NCBI GenBank assembly: GCA_964016885.1
Contig: OZ024740.1
Location: forward strand, 330,212,001 to 330,276,000
Length of the DNA stretch: 64,000 nucleotides
Direction of reading: 5' to 3'
DNA from: Eledone cirrhosa
Taxonomy: Eukaryota
In this document: one piece after another, positions 12,701-27,219 of the stretch
Layout of the letters: the number at the start of each line of letters is the position of its first letter
Position numbering within the stretch: position 1 is the first letter of the stretch
Notes under the pieces: model-generated
What the model was told of the DNA's origin: nothing
Database searches by the model: none
What the model saw: only the letters and a program-made list of their open reading frames with translations
Translations under genes and position numbers: made by a program

Positions 12701-13205
12701 GTAGGTGCTCGAGGCTTTTGCACCCCCCGCTACTATCGGCTAGTCCCACACAATCCCAGCGTGCGTCTAAGATGCCATTCCAGTCCCCCGCTAACAGTAA
12801 AGAGCGAGACGTACCCAGAAAGGTCTCCAGGCGCCTAAAGAAGTCCGATCGTCCGGCCCCTGCAGGGGCGTAGACGGCTAGCAGTCTAAAGGCACCACCT
12901 TTGCTACTGCTCACATCCATGACCACCAACTTACCATCCGAGTCCCGGAACATCGACCTTACCTCGAGATCTAGTCCTTTCCTAAACATTACTGCCACCC
13001 CACCCCCCATTCCCGGTCTGCTAACAGATGCGAAGATCTGATAGTCGTCGAAAATGGGGGCTAGTGCGCGCGTGTCGGTAATTCTGGTCTCGCTGACGGC
13101 AATCATATCCATTTCCAGCGACCTGAGGTCGTTGTGCAGGCAACCCTGCTTCCAGAATGACCCCAGGCCGCGAACATTTAAACTTCCTACTCTTAATATG
13201 GCCAT
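9786..13205 (-). pseudogene. Tx1/L1 ORF2: AP endonuclease, reverse transcriptase, C-terminal zinc finger; frameshifted
   Basis: SLNVRGL, SET, VYAP, GDWN, SYIDRIF, SDH, GPGYWKLN, SPGLDGL, RPITLL, LDQSKAFDRVDH, VRQGCPLS, YAED (mutated YADD), KLLGVWL, GGLDMP, CPRC..ETVLHALVQC. Confidence 0.93.
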
Positions 13206-13234
13206 ATTGGTAAACTAAGAGAGAGAGGGAAGGT

Positions 13235-15123
13235 TTACTTACCTCCCGGGGTCTTGTGAAGGTCGGGTTGTTCGACCTCCATGGTTGGTGGGGTTTCTTT
13301 TGGGAACCCCTTTAAAATTCTTGATGTGGGTTTCACATTCGGGGTTCCCACGTCTTGAAGAAATCTCTCTCGAATTTCTTTGAAGGAATTGAGTGACATT
13401 CCGACCAGAAGCAAATCTTCTGGCAGGCAAAATGTGCTCATTTCAAAAATCTTCCCCTTTGTTTGAATGTCCTAGCTTCGTGCTAAGAGGGCCATCAGTT
13501 TATCGTTGGCCCTTTGACAAGCACGAAGTTTTTAACATTTTGCTGGTGTGATTTTATTTGTTTTCGTTTTGGTGACTGTGGTGGCGATGGTTTTGGCGGT
13601 GTTGTTTCGGGTATGTCTGTGTTTAGTGTAGATGTGGTGTCTGCAATTCCAGGTATTTGTGTGTTTATTTGTACTTGTGTTTGTTTAGGTTGTTTGCGTT
13701 TCGGGGATTTTGGAGGCGGTTTCGATGTTGCTGCTGGTGATGATGTTATTGGGGAAGTGTTTGCGTTAGTGATGTCTGTATTTTTTGTTGTGTATGTCTT
13801 TGTGTTTTGTTGGGACTTTTTTTGTGAGATTTCTCTGTTTTTTTTGCACTTTTGGGTTTTCCTTCATCTCCGTTGCTGGAAGACAAAGGGTCTGTGGCTG
13901 TGAGTGTCTCTGTGTCTGTGTGTGCGTTTATTGTTTTGTCTATGTGTATACATGGGGGGGGGGAGTGGGAGAGCTTTCCTCGTTTTCCCCATGGATTGGT
14001 TTTGGTGTTGGTGGTGATCCGGCTGTTTTTGATGTTGGTGTCCGTGTTTTTGTTGGTGTTGTTTTTGGTGGTAGTGGTGGTGCAGCTTTCCGTGCTGACA
14101 GTGGCGTTGGCAACAAAGGAGGTTTGCGAACCCCTGCATTTTTGCGCTGAGGGCAGAAGGCTTGCAGATGCGTTGCTTCCCCGCAGACGAAGCAGCGTTG
14201 GCTTCTTCCGTCAATGATTAGTTGGATTATGTTCCGTCCTGCAGGCGGGCAAAATCCGGTTTCATTTGGAGAAGAATCTCCAAATCCATTCCGGACCAGT
14301 CCTCTCTCTCTGTCCTTTTGATATCCAGGAGGGTAGTGTCTGTCCCCTCCTCGATTACGCATCCCAGCAGCCACCATATGTTCATTCCTGGTGGGATGCT
14401 GGGAATGCGTACCTTTACTGTCTTTTTACACATGTAGGACGGATGCATGATAATGCGTTCCGTTCTGCAGGGGGTCACCGAGTGATTAATAGCGAGGGCC
14501 TCGGTTTTGAACAGTACCGAGATCATACCGAACTGTTTGCCTCTTGCTTTGTACTCTATGTTACTTACGATGTAAGTAACATAGAGTAACACCGTCCTCC
14601 TTTGCATGGCCACTATTGCCTCGTCCGGGATGGTCAGGTTCTCCCGTTTAATTAACCTCCACGCTTGTGCCAACTGTTCTTCTTTATCGCTAATATCAAT
14701 ATCAATATTCAATAAGCGCTTTGTTTTTGCTGTTGCTGCATCAAATGTGGTGCTTCTGATGCTCTTATTGTTGGTGTTGTCATTCTTGCTGTTGTCATTG
14801 GTGTTGTTGTTTTTATTGTTTTGTTTGTTGATGCTGTTGCCACCGCCATCTGTGTTTACATTGAAGCTCTCGGTGTTATTGTCGTTATTACTCTGAGTTG
14901 TTGTTGTGGTGGTGGTGGTGGTGGTGGTGGTGATGTCGTTTTCAGATGATACTGCTGCTATCACAGAAGGTTGTGATGGTAGCTTTTTAGTTTTGCCTTC
15001 ACATTCAGTAGAGTGGATGACAGGCATGACTGTAGCCGTCGTGGTCGTGGTGAAATCTACAGTGGCTGCTTTTAAACTTTTGACCTGAAAGTTGTTTACC
15101 GTTTCAAGGTCGAAAATTTCCAT
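13235..15123 (-). pseudogene. Tx1-type ORF1 (gag-like), frameshifted
   Basis: KVRIPSIPP, zinc knuckle RCFVCGEATHLQAFCP, Thr/Asn/Pro low-complexity tracts, split over several frames. Confidence 0.8.
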
Positions 15124-15346
15124 AATTTATTTTGGTGGGGAAGCGATTTTTTTCGAAGTTTTAAAGAATAAATCTGAATATTCGGGCTTAAAGCCCGAAT
15201 ACTGAGAGGTATCCCTCTCTTTAAATCAAGATGTGTACCTTAAGTTTCGTTAACGACAAGAAAATACAAAAAAATGACACTTTAAAACAGCTTAAAGTTA
15301 CGAACCTTTTCCCACGCAGATTTGTAGTCTTCCCACATGTGCGGCC

Positions 15347-15388
<42 letters not shown>

Positions 15389-15506
15389 TCATAATTATTT
15401 CTACTTTTGGTACAAGGCAAGCAAATAAACAGTACATTACTGGTACTTTATTTTATCGACCCCGTAAGGATGAAAGGCACAGTTAACCTCGACGGGATTT
15501 GAACTT
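15347..15506 (-). mobile_element. tRNA-derived SINE (Meta-domain-like) with (TTA)n tail
   Basis: On the minus strand: agttcaaatcccgtcgagg (B-box-like), gcctttcatccttacggggtcgataaaataaagtaccagt, then a TTA tail. Homologous to the other copies in the window. Confidence 0.8.
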
Positions 15507-15906
15507 ATAATATTATTCATATTCGGTTTGTTAACAAGGAAACAGCCTCATAAAATAGCACATGGTAGAGATGACGACGCCGTCTTTTTGCACAAGAGTA
15601 GATCAGAGAAAGCAATCGACAATTGATAATCGTTAATTGTTTTTCAGTGTTCTGCTCCTTGTCAAGATTGTGTATTCTCTCGTATATACTTGAACTTGCT
15701 GAGAATACATAATGTTTTCAAATGTATGAATCGGCTGATTAATCACATTTGCCTAACGAGCGATATATAACGACCGGCTTTGCCGAAAATTTAGAAAAAA
15801 CAAAATTAGTCTTCCCCTCTTAACGTATCCACTACGTTGAGAGCGAAAACATTTTATTATATATATATGTGTGTTTGTGTGTTTGTATGCAAATATGTAT
15901 ATATAA

Positions 15907-15945
<39 letters not shown>

Positions 15946-16352
15946 TAAAAGAGAAAACACAGGTAAGCATTAAGAGAAGGATTTTATCCAGGTATTTACG
16001 ACCGTTTCATTGGTAAGTGCAACCCTATATTGCTATACTGAAAATACCAGCCGCTCAATTATAATTGTTGTTCACAGTCCAAATTTTCAAAATAATAGGT
16101 TACTCTTGACATAATTCTTAATATATAGAGCAAAACATTTATTTGGAATTGTATTTACTAGTATACAGAGAGAGGAATCAGGAGGTGAGGGGACAGACGG
16201 AATAGTATAGCGAGAGAGGAAGGGGGAAGAGGTAGGAAGTAGAATTACAAACTTGTGGTGTTACCCCTAACCGTACGTTGAAACCATCCATGAAACTGGC
16301 TTCCTTAACCAAAAACTGGATCACAATAAGCAATTTGTTGCTTCTCTAACTA

Positions 16353-16383
<31 letters not shown>

Positions 16384-16389
16384 TGTTAT

Positions 16390-16974
16390 ATATTGGGAGG
16401 GTCATGTTAGTTATCACTTAAATTTATTATAAATTTCCGGCTGATTGGTTCGATAACCAGAAGGTTGTTTATATATCGTCGAAGCTCTTTTGACACACAT
16501 GTAACCTCCTCAATGACTAGGTTTGTAATTTGAGTCTCCTTCCTTTGTTCTGTCCTACACGAAAATCAAAATGGTGTAGGACAGAACAAAATAAAAACAC
16601 ACTGGCTGTTATTGTCCATGTTTCAGCGAGTATTATTTGTGTGCTTGTTTCCCAGTGGCTATGGCCATGTGTGCGCGTGTATGAAAGTGATTCTCTGTGT
16701 GTGTCCCGGTGGAGATATGTGTCGCGTCAAATTTTGTTATGTGTTCGTTGTAATTTTCAATTTCCATCTATTTGGATATGCGAGTATATATGTTGGAGTA
16801 GTGTACATTTCCTTGATGAGGGTGTGTGTATCTAGTAGAATTTGCGCTTGTGAATGTGAAATTCGCCCCCTTCCTCTGCCCCTTTACATATGTATATATA
16901 AATACACACGCACACCCACCCATTTACACACACTCACACACACATACATTCACACATCCACGCACACGCACACG

Positions 16975-17071
<97 letters not shown>

Positions 17072-17640
17072 ATGCTTTGAGAATGTCAGTTGTTTTCACT
17101 GCAATTTATTATAAATTAAATTTATAAATTTAAGAATTATAGAATAGAAAACATAAATGGAATAGCAACATCACAACTTACAATTAAGGACAAAATGAAA
17201 ATACACAGACACACATAGAACAAACAACCAACCAGTAACATGTAAATAAAAAAATAAATAAACAAATATAAACACACATAGACATCCGGATGTAACACAT
17301 GCGCAAAACTAAGCACACAACACAAACAAAAACAAGGTGGCGTAGGACAGAACAACGGAGAGGCACAAAAACAAAGAAAAGAATTCCAGTCACTGAAGAG
17401 GTCACATAATGTGTGACGAAATAACTTTAACAATATATGAACAACCGTCCGGTTGTGGAACCAACCAACCAACCGGAAATTTATAAATTCCTAAATTTAT
17501 GAATTTAATTTATAATAAATTGGAGTGAAAGCAACTGATGCGTGTGTTTCTTATTGGCAACATAACCCTCCCAAAGTATAACAATATCGGTTTCAACACA
17601 CGTTTTCAGATAAAGAATCTTGCTAAACAAATTCAGAAAC
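16390..17640. mobile_element. Diverged pseudo-LTR fragments of a PLE related to 343-5422 (inverted piece about 16390-16830, direct piece about 17140-17640)
   Basis: ITLPKYNNIGFNTRFQIKNLAKQIQKR matches the ORF start MTLPKYNNICFDTRFHIKNLAKPIHRR. HHR-like ctgaaga-g-gtcaca taatg tgtgac-gaaa at 17393-17421. (TA)n flanks. Confidence 0.75.
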
Positions 17641-20600
17641 GAAATATATATATATATATATATATTCATATATATATATATACTGAAACTTTTAATGCGT
17701 CGGAAAATTTACCATCGTATGTGTGACTTCTAAAATCAAATTCCACTTCTGCCTAAATGCTGGTATATATTAAACGGTCTCGGTGCATTGCCATCGAGCG
17801 ACTCTAATTTTAATTTGATATATTCTATTAATTTGAAAGCATTCGCTCAATGTTGCTGCGCTGACCTCTACTTAGCCGTATTGGAGAACCTGAATAATTT
17901 CCATAAGCCTCTAATTCTAGGAAGTCGAACGATCCAACATTTTATATCGTTCACTATTTGTGTTTTTTATTTTTATGGAACATTTTCGTACCGGAATCGC
18001 GATATTTCTAAATTTCAATCCCATATTGATTCAAAATCTAATTCAAGTAGTGAAGACTATTTTCAGATTAATCGACCGTAATTTAAATGTCATTCTTCGT
18101 AATCTTTAATCACTCCAAGTTTCTGAGAATTGCATAGAAAAAATCTTTCGAATTTATCATAAGGTGATCCCCATACCATATGATGTAATAAGTTAAAATG
18201 ACTTTAAACAATTCGGGTAATATCGATTTAATGTTGGATTATATTTTGCTCTGTAGCCATATTGGTCTTTGTGTAATCACCCGTTCAATATTTCCATTAA
18301 AATATTATTGATTTTATTTGCAATATTCTTTAATACATGCTCAAACTTTCAGCGATATGAGACTATAAAAATAAATGTAAATATAAACAGCATGTGAAAT
18401 TCTATTTCAAAGATTTAGATTTTAATTAGAAAAGGAATTCACGTTTATTTAATTGCCGAGGGTGTATTGTTTCTGGGAAATATATATGTAAACATTATAA
18501 AATAAAATTCGTTTTAGTTATGATGAACTGAAGTCAGAGAACAGGGTGAAAATATCTTCAGAAATCGTTTAAATCTAATAAATGGGATATTGATAACACA
18601 GAAAAAAAAAACTTTTCATAGTTAATATAATGTTACAATAAAACAATCAGACATGTTAGCCCAATGTGGAAAACATGTCTTAGAAGTCAATCGTTGTATA
18701 TATATATATTGTATTCCTTATTGATGTTTTCGGAATTAGAACTATCAATATAGTTCATTAATTAAATTTTTTAGTAAGGTATAATGAAGGTATAATTATA
18801 TTAAGATATTTAAAATCTACGGTATCTTACGCATTATGTACAACTTATTCCTATATTCCTATATAAACCATGAAATATGTAGAATAAATGCTACGTATCC
18901 ACGCTACTTCATCAGCATCGAACCTACGTCAAATCTATATCATCGGATTTTGAATTAATGTTACCTTTCCACCACTTCCTGCATATCTCAACAGCTTTCG
19001 TGAATTCTCTCTAATTTACTCTAACTCCTTTAACTCTTTAAATTTTTTATCGTCTTTGACTACCAATGACGCACCCTATTCTGGAACGATGACTGGATAA
19101 ATAAGAGTCACTTTCAAACCACTCCGTGCAGTATAAATTATTGCAGCTACTCAAATGCTTTCACTACATAATTCTGAATAATAGGGTATATATAATTGAA
19201 AATATGTTTGACCCGAAATACTGAGTACATTGACGAATATTCATGAATTACTATTATTTACCCTGTGTTTGAATCGCCACAATAGGAGGCATTATGTTAA
19301 ACTGACTTAGAATATTGTATGAAACTAGACTAATCCATATCGCCTATGATTTGAAGTGTTTCTCTTCGCGTATGTTGTTAATAACATCAGAATTGAATGA
19401 TTTTCACAACTGCTTTTCCAATTACAATTATATCAGTAGATCCTATCAACAGTCACATAGATAACAATGATCACGCTATTGCAATATTTATCATATAACT
19501 CTCCAAATTATAATTTTCACATTACATAGAGTGAGTGTTAAATATATAAATTTGTCTTTGATGCTATGTTCAGAAAAGGAAATTAAAGCAAGAGACGTGG
19601 ACATGGAATAAAGTTAGTAACTAATGTCTTCTGTGCGTTTACGTAAATGCCCATTGGCATGAAATAGATTATATAAAACATACGTTCTTGAAATTCCACT
19701 AGAATAATAGTAATTGTCTATTTTCTATTTCAATTATACACTTTTTTGTTATTGAAGAAAAAATACAAAATATTTCGGTGCGTTTTTATATTTTTCACTA
19801 TTTATACAATTTTGTTATTTTACGACATCATATTGGATAGATTTTTTTCTAGTTTCCCTATATTAAATAATCCGCCTCTAGATAATGAACTAGTTTCGAT
19901 ACTATGTTGAAAACGCATAGAGAACAAGCTTTCCAAAAAGTTTTCTTACACAAAAGAAGGTAGATTTCATAATAGAAATAATGAAAAATAAAATTTAATC
20001 ATATTTTGAATTCTACTTTCAAATAAATGTAAGTTTTCTTATTGTTTTTGCGACTTACATTATATACCCCCACTGCAATACATATGTATTTATATGTATT
20101 GCATTCTTTCTTTTTTTAATTATTTTACTCGTTCATAGAATTCAGAAAAAAAATAACGACGATTATCAAATGATGAAAGTCAAAAATGTTTGGCATATTT
20201 CTACCCTACTTCTTACGAAATAGGTTTATTGCTACGAGTGCAATATCTGTCCCACATCTCCAGCTTTTCATATTGTAACCTAGATATTTACCAAATAGCC
20301 ACATTTATAATCCAGGTAGGGGAAATATCAAATCATGTGTCCGTAATATAATTAATTCTCAATCATTTTTGAAGAAATGTCACTTCATAAAACTTTGCGA
20401 TTAATTGTTTTTTTCATTCCATAAGATCTATATGATGGATGTAATGGCAGGACATGTTTGAGGTATTTTGTATGACTGTGTCCCAGCAATATACTAAGAA
20501 CGGACATTAATATATAGATAAAATAAATGTTTACGTTAATCTATTGCTGAAGCTGGTGCAGTAATGCGAAAGCTTCTCCATTCGGTAATCTAAAGAATGG

Positions 20601-22181
20601 AGGTAGATGTAAAAGAAAAACTCATTATCTTCGTTCGCTATTCCTGCCAATCCTATGGTTATAAATACTAGTGGCCCAACTGGGGTTCCTCCGAAGTAAC
20701 ATTACTCGATAGAGTGCATAGATCGGTGATCAGAGAGTCACTCCAGGTAGAGCCACAACTTTTCCGAATTGAGAGATAATATTTCCGATCTTACGCGCAA
20801 CACCAATTCACCATCATTTGGAGACGGTTGCTTCAAACAGGACCCTCTGGAAGAATGTTTGAGGATTCTACCACCACGATCTTCTTAGGAATATGTGAGC
20901 GAAGAAAAAGAACACATATTCAGCCATGTACTGCCTTTCCTCTAAGTAGCAATGATCATTTCAGCAAACAACTCCTTTAGAAGTAGTTCTTTTTATGAGC
21001 CTTTTGTTATCAGACTTTTAATATCTTCCATAAAAACCTGCCACAAGCAATATTTGTGGAAGGTGGATATTTGAATTTTCCGCCCTATCTATAGTTTTTT
21101 TTTCTCTTTGTGTTACGTAGACGTCTCTTGCACTTATGTTGGAAGATTCCTTTTCAAAATGCACTGCAAGAACAATATGTGTTTTTGTTGTAAGAAATAT
21201 GTTTATCATTGGTGCTTGTTGGAGTGGATGTGTTTGTGTGTGTGTGAGAGAGAATGCGCGTGTATGTGAATGCGTGCGCGAGTGTGTGTGAGTGTGTGCC
21301 GGTGTGTTTACATTTGATCCTACAGTATCCGTCACTGTTTGTTAGCACCTTTTCAAATCCCATTGATCTGACTGCAAATAAAACATTAGATATATATATA
21401 TTTACTCTTCACCAATATTTCGTTTAACTGCACTTCATATTCTATAACTTATAGAAATGTGAAACCTATATATCAGGTGAAAATTCATCTACATAAATAA
21501 TAGCACACTAATATATATATATATAATACAAGTTTAAAATATTAATTATATATAGAGAAAAATCATATATTATTTGAAATAGACACAGCATGTTGTACAC
21601 ATATATAACACAAATTATATTCAGGAAGAAAATACATCCGGAGGAAAAAGCTAGATTCCTGAGAGTACTGTCTCGTAGTTCAGGGGAAGCCAGCTAAATG
21701 AAAATCGATGAAAGCAATCGAATACCTATTACCAACGATTAATTCCAGTAACGCCAACGTAAGACAAGGAATTGTCTTTAGATAAGTCAGACTTTACTGA
21801 TGCATTTTGTCCTGAATATTACTTGTATCATAAATATGAACAAAATACTTTGTGTTTCTAAAATAATATGTGACTATTTCGCTCACTGTGAACATATTGT
21901 TTTGTCATAACCTGTTTAATCGTATGTTAGAAACCAGCTCCTTGCGCATGTATGTATAAAGTCTGATTCGGCTACCTGACTTTCAATTCTGCCATATTTA
22001 TATTCAAATATACCGGAATAAAATCTATTAATTGAAGCATTGTGCGAGCCTTTTTAAGATTTGTAGATCATGGAAGTAGATTTTGCTTCAGCAAACCTTA
22101 TTAAATATGTATTGAATGATTTACTAATAATCCCTCGCGTTACCTCCACTATATACTTCTCAGACAAATTTTAATCTGTAC

Positions 22182-22411
22182 CGGAGGTGCTTTTTAAACC
22201 GTATATTGCATTCCTTAATTGCTTTGTAGGTGTCTCTTTTGAGATAGTACGATTTATTTCTAAGCAGAAGCTACGTTCAGGATCACGGGTATGGAAAGGG
22301 CAGTTATGCTCATTTAATAGGCGTCCTACAATTCGTAACGTTTCTACTGTGACAGATCCAAAAGTAGCTGAACCATATGTCACAAATGCACAATTTATAT
22401 AATCAATATAC
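22182..22411 (-). other. Possible isolated host coding exon (unidentified)
   Basis: On the minus strand: pyrimidine-rich acceptor tcttcttcaatAG, open frame YIDYINCAFVTYGSATFGSVTVETLRIVGRLLNEHNCPF..., possible donor GTACAG. No recognised homology. Confidence 0.3.
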
Positions 22412-23603
22412 CTATTGAAGAAGATGAATTAATAACGCTGATGGGTTTGGATATGTTATTATTCTGAACTAATACTTAATAGGGAGAAATGTGGAACATT
22501 ACAGTGTAGCACATTGTGGTGATATATTACAACACATCTAACCGATGTTTGTGTTCGTTCTTTTGTGCGACAGTGCATAAATAAAATGAGCCGGATCATA
22601 GAGAGCAAATACTAATGCAAACAGGACAGTATCGTTTCAACAATGTATATTTCTGCTGCTTATGATGCCGCTGTTATGTTCTGTACTCAACCATTATTGA
22701 GTCAGATGAAGCTTCTCTCATGCATGTCTCTTCTTGCCAGGTAACATAATATCGTATTTAGAATGAACTCTTCTTTGTGAATTTAGATGTTGTCTCCCAT
22801 TATATATTTTGTAGAAGGACATTCAACCACTAGAAATAGCATTATTTAGTCGGAAACTAGATTCAAATTAATTCGGTACTTGCTAGATTGCAGCTACAGG
22901 CTAATTGTGTATGTTCCCCAGTTTTAATCATATTGTATGGGACCATACACTTCTAACTCCTCTCAATAAATGCCGTATTAAATAATTCGTCTTTCCGATA
23001 AGACATTTCTATTGTCGGCGTATTTAATTGGCGTTACTTCAATAGTGAGCTGTATGTAAAGAGAATAACTGATGGATAGCTGAGATGATAAACTAGAAAT
23101 AATAAATTGCCAAGATATGCGTCAGAGAGGGAGTATCGTACGATTTTGTTATGCAAATAAAATGATAGCATATTTGTATATCTCACAAGGCAAATGCAGC
23201 TGTTTTCGAATATTAACCAATTTTAGCAAATGGAACTTGAAGGGTTATGATAAATATGCATGATTCCTTTCAGGATAACACTGAATGTTTCTGACAGGGA
23301 TGATGTGAGATGATAGCTTGTCGAAATATTGTAATAGAATGTATAATACTTAGAAAATAATTTGAAGTTAAACAATCATATGCTGGAAGCATAATGTGAA
23401 ATCATAGGAATATATTTGGTGCTTATTGAATATTATGTCAAAACCTGAAGTTATGTTTTATCTCTGTGATGAATAATATATATTTCGATAATTGCATGAA
23501 AAGTGAACGAAAGTTGTCAAACGCAATTGGACACAGGAAATCCAAAAAAGAAAATTAATATATATATATAATACAATAAATGTGTATGAAAATATATGCA
23601 TGG

Positions 23604-23679
<76 letters not shown>

Positions 23680-23704
23680 CCATAGTACTCAATACTTAGG
23701 GTAG

Positions 23705-23913
23705 TAGATGTGAGAAAAACCATAGACCGTCCATCTCGACTCTACTTTTGAAAAGCAGAAGAACGGCGAAACCGGTAAAGGAAGCAAATAAATATGTATA
23801 TTTTTTTAAAAAATAAGACTCCAGTTGCATTTTCGATTTCATCTTATTTTCTTTATACTTTTACTCGTGTAGGACACGTCGGTTATTTTTTCATTTTGTA
23901 AAAAAAACCTCAC

Positions 23914-23920
<7 letters not shown>
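23705..23920 (+). mobile_element. Family-B short element with UUGAAAA HHR
   Basis: Reverse complement of 5872-6080, lying between (TA)n tracts. Confidence 0.8.
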
Positions 23921-23969
<49 letters not shown>

Positions 23970-23973
<4 letters not shown>

Positions 23974-26900
23974 TGGAATAAATGCTCTGAAATAGCGATA
24001 TATATGTGAATATAGACATAGAATATTCGAAAATATTCTGTATGTTTATAATAAACATTTTGAAGACCTAATCGCTATAGAATAGAATACGTCACGTATT
24101 ACAATTAGATTCTCGATAAAAGAAAGGGAAGTAATCTACGCGTTTCATTCTTGTTAGAATTCATCAGGACTACATATCCAGTGCTTTTATCGAGAATGAC
24201 ACAGCTAGAGACTTATAGAATACTTAGCTGTGTACAGGAACTGGTTTGAAAGAGCGGTTGCCGGTCCGGCAGAAATTAGAAATTGGAATAAATGCTCTGA
24301 AATAGCGATATATATGTGAATATAGACATAGAATATTCGAAAATATTCTGTATGTTTATAATAAACATTTTGAAGACCTAATCGCTATAGAATAGAATAC
24401 GTCACGTATTACAATTAGATTCTCGATAAAAGAAAGGGAAGTAATCTACGCGTTTCATTCTTGTTAGAATTCATCAGGACTACATATCCAGTGCTTTTAT
24501 CGAGAATGACACAGCTAGAGACTTATAGAATACTTAGCTGTGTACAGGAACTGGTTTGAAAGAGCGGTTGCCGGTCCGGCAGAAATTAGAAATTGGAATA
24601 AATGCTCTGAAATAGCGATATATATGTGAATATAGACATAGAATATTCGAAAATATTCTGTATGTTTATAATAAACATTTTGAAGACCTAATCGCTATAG
24701 AATAGAATACGTCACGTATTACAATTAGATTCTCGATAAAAGAAAGGGAAGTAATCTACGCGTTTCATTCTTGTTAGAATTCATCAGGACTACATATCCA
24801 GTGATTTTATCGAGAATGACACAGCTAGAGACTTATAGAATACTTAGCTGTGTACAGGAACTGGTTTGAAAGAGCGGTTGCCGGTCCGGCAGAAATTAGA
24901 AATTGGAATAAATGCTCTGAAATAGCGATATATATGTGAATATAGACATAGAATATTCGAAAATATTCTGTATGTTTATAATAAACATTTTGAAGACCTA
25001 ATCGCTATAGAATAGAATACGTCACGTATTACAATTAGATTCTCGATAAAAGAAAGGGAAGTAATCTACGCGTTTCATTCTTGTTAGAATTCATCAGGAC
25101 TACATATCCAGTGCTTTTATCGAGAATGACACAGCTAGAGACTTATAGAATACTTAGCTGTGTACAGGAACTGGTTTGAAAGAGCGGTTGCCGGTCCGGC
25201 AGAAATTAGAAATTGGAATAAATGCTCTGAAATAGCGATATATATGTGAATATAGACATAGAATATTCGAAAATATTCTGTATGTTTATAATAAACATTT
25301 TGAAGACCTAATCGCTATAGAATAGAATACGTCACGTATTACAATTAGATTCTCGATAAAAGAAAGGGAAGTAATCTACGCGTTTCATTCTTGTTAGAAT
25401 TCATCAGGACTACATATCCAGTGCTTTTATCGAGAATGACACAGCTAGAGACTTATAGAATACTTAGCTGTGTACAGGAACTGGTTTGAAAGAGCGGTTG
25501 CCGGTCCGGCAGAAATTAGAAATTGGAATAAATGCTCTGAAATAGCGATATATATGTGAATATAGACATAGAATATTCGAAAATATTCTGTATGTTTATA
25601 ATAAACATTTTGAAGACCTAATCGCTATAGAATAGAATACGTCACGTATTACAATTAGATTCTCGATAAAAGAAAGGGAAGTAATCTACGCGTTTCATTC
25701 TTGTTAGAATTCATCAGGACTACATATCCAGTGCTTTTATCGAGAATGACACAGCTAGAGACTTATAGAATACTTAGCTGTGTACAGGAACTGGTTTGAA
25801 AGAGCGGTTGCCGGTCCGGCAGAAATTAGAAATTGGAATAAATGCTCTGAAATAGCGATATATATGTGAATATAGACATAGAATATTCGAAAATATTCTG
25901 TATGTTTATAATAAACATTTTGAAGACCTAATCGCTATAGAATAGAATACGTCACGTATTACAATTAGATTCTCGATAAAAGAAAGGGAAGTAATCTACG
26001 CGTTTCATTCTTGTTAGAATTCATCAGGACTACATATCCAGTGCTTTTATCGAGAATGACACAGCTAGAGACTTATAGAATACTTAGCTGTGTACAGGAA
26101 CTGGTTTGAAAGAGCGGTTGCCGGTCCGGCAGAAATTAGAAATTGGAATAAATGCTCTGAAATAGCGATATATATGTGAATATAGACATAGAATATTCGA
26201 AAATATTCTGTATGTTTATAATAAACATTTTGAAGACCTAATCGCTATAGAATAGAATACGTCACGTATTACAATTAGATTCTCGATAAAAGAAAGGGAA
26301 GTAATCTACGCGTTTCATTCTTGTTAGAATTCATCAGGACTACATATCCAGTGCTTTCTTTCAAACCAGTTCCTGTACACAGCTAAGTATTCTATAAGTC
26401 TCTAGCTGTGTCATTCTCGATAAAAGCACTGGATATGTAGTCCTGATGAATTCTAACAAGAATGAAACGCGTAGATTACTTCCCTTTCTTTTATCGAGAA
26501 TCTAATTGTAATACGTGACGTATCCTATTCTATAGCGATTAGGTCTTCAAAATGTTTATTGTAAACATACAGAATATTTTCGAATATTCTATGTCTATAT
26601 TCACATATATATCGCTATTTCAGAGCATTTATTCCAATTTCTAATTTCTGCCGGACCGGCAACCGCTCTTTCAAACCAGTTCCTGTACACAGCTAAGTAT
26701 TCTATAAGTCTCTAGCTGTGTCATTCTCGATAAAAGCACTGGATATGTAGTCCTGATGAATTCTAACAAGAATGAAACGCGTAGATTACTTCCCTTTCTT
26801 TTATCGAGAATCTAATTGTAATACGTGACGTATTCTATTCTATAGCGATTAGGTCTTCAAAATGTTTATTATAAACATACAGAATATTTTCGAATATTCT

Positions 26901-27219
26901 ATGTCTATATTCACATATATATCGCTATTTCAGAGCATTTATTCCAATTTCTAATTTCTGCCGGACCGGCAACCGCTCTTTCAAACCAGTTCCTGTACAC
27001 AGCTAAGTATTCTATAAGTCTCTAGCTGTGTCATTCTCGATAAAAGCACTGGATATGTAGTCCTGATGAATTCTAACAAGAATGAAACGCGTAGATTACT
27101 TCCCTTTCTTTTATCGAGAATCTAATTGTAATACGTGACGTATTCTATTCTATAGCGATTAGGTCTTCAAAATGTTTATTATAAACATACAGAATATTTT
27201 CGAATATTCTATGTCTATA

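Larger units (their letters stand above)
9507..15346 (-). mobile_element. Full-length but mutated L1/Tx1-clade LINE inserted in an (AAT)n tract
   Basis: ORF1 with a CCHC knuckle and ORF2 with APE-RT-Zn. AATAAA (9514-9519, minus strand) is followed by (TTA)n, and (ATA)n lies directly beyond the 5' end. Confidence 0.92.
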
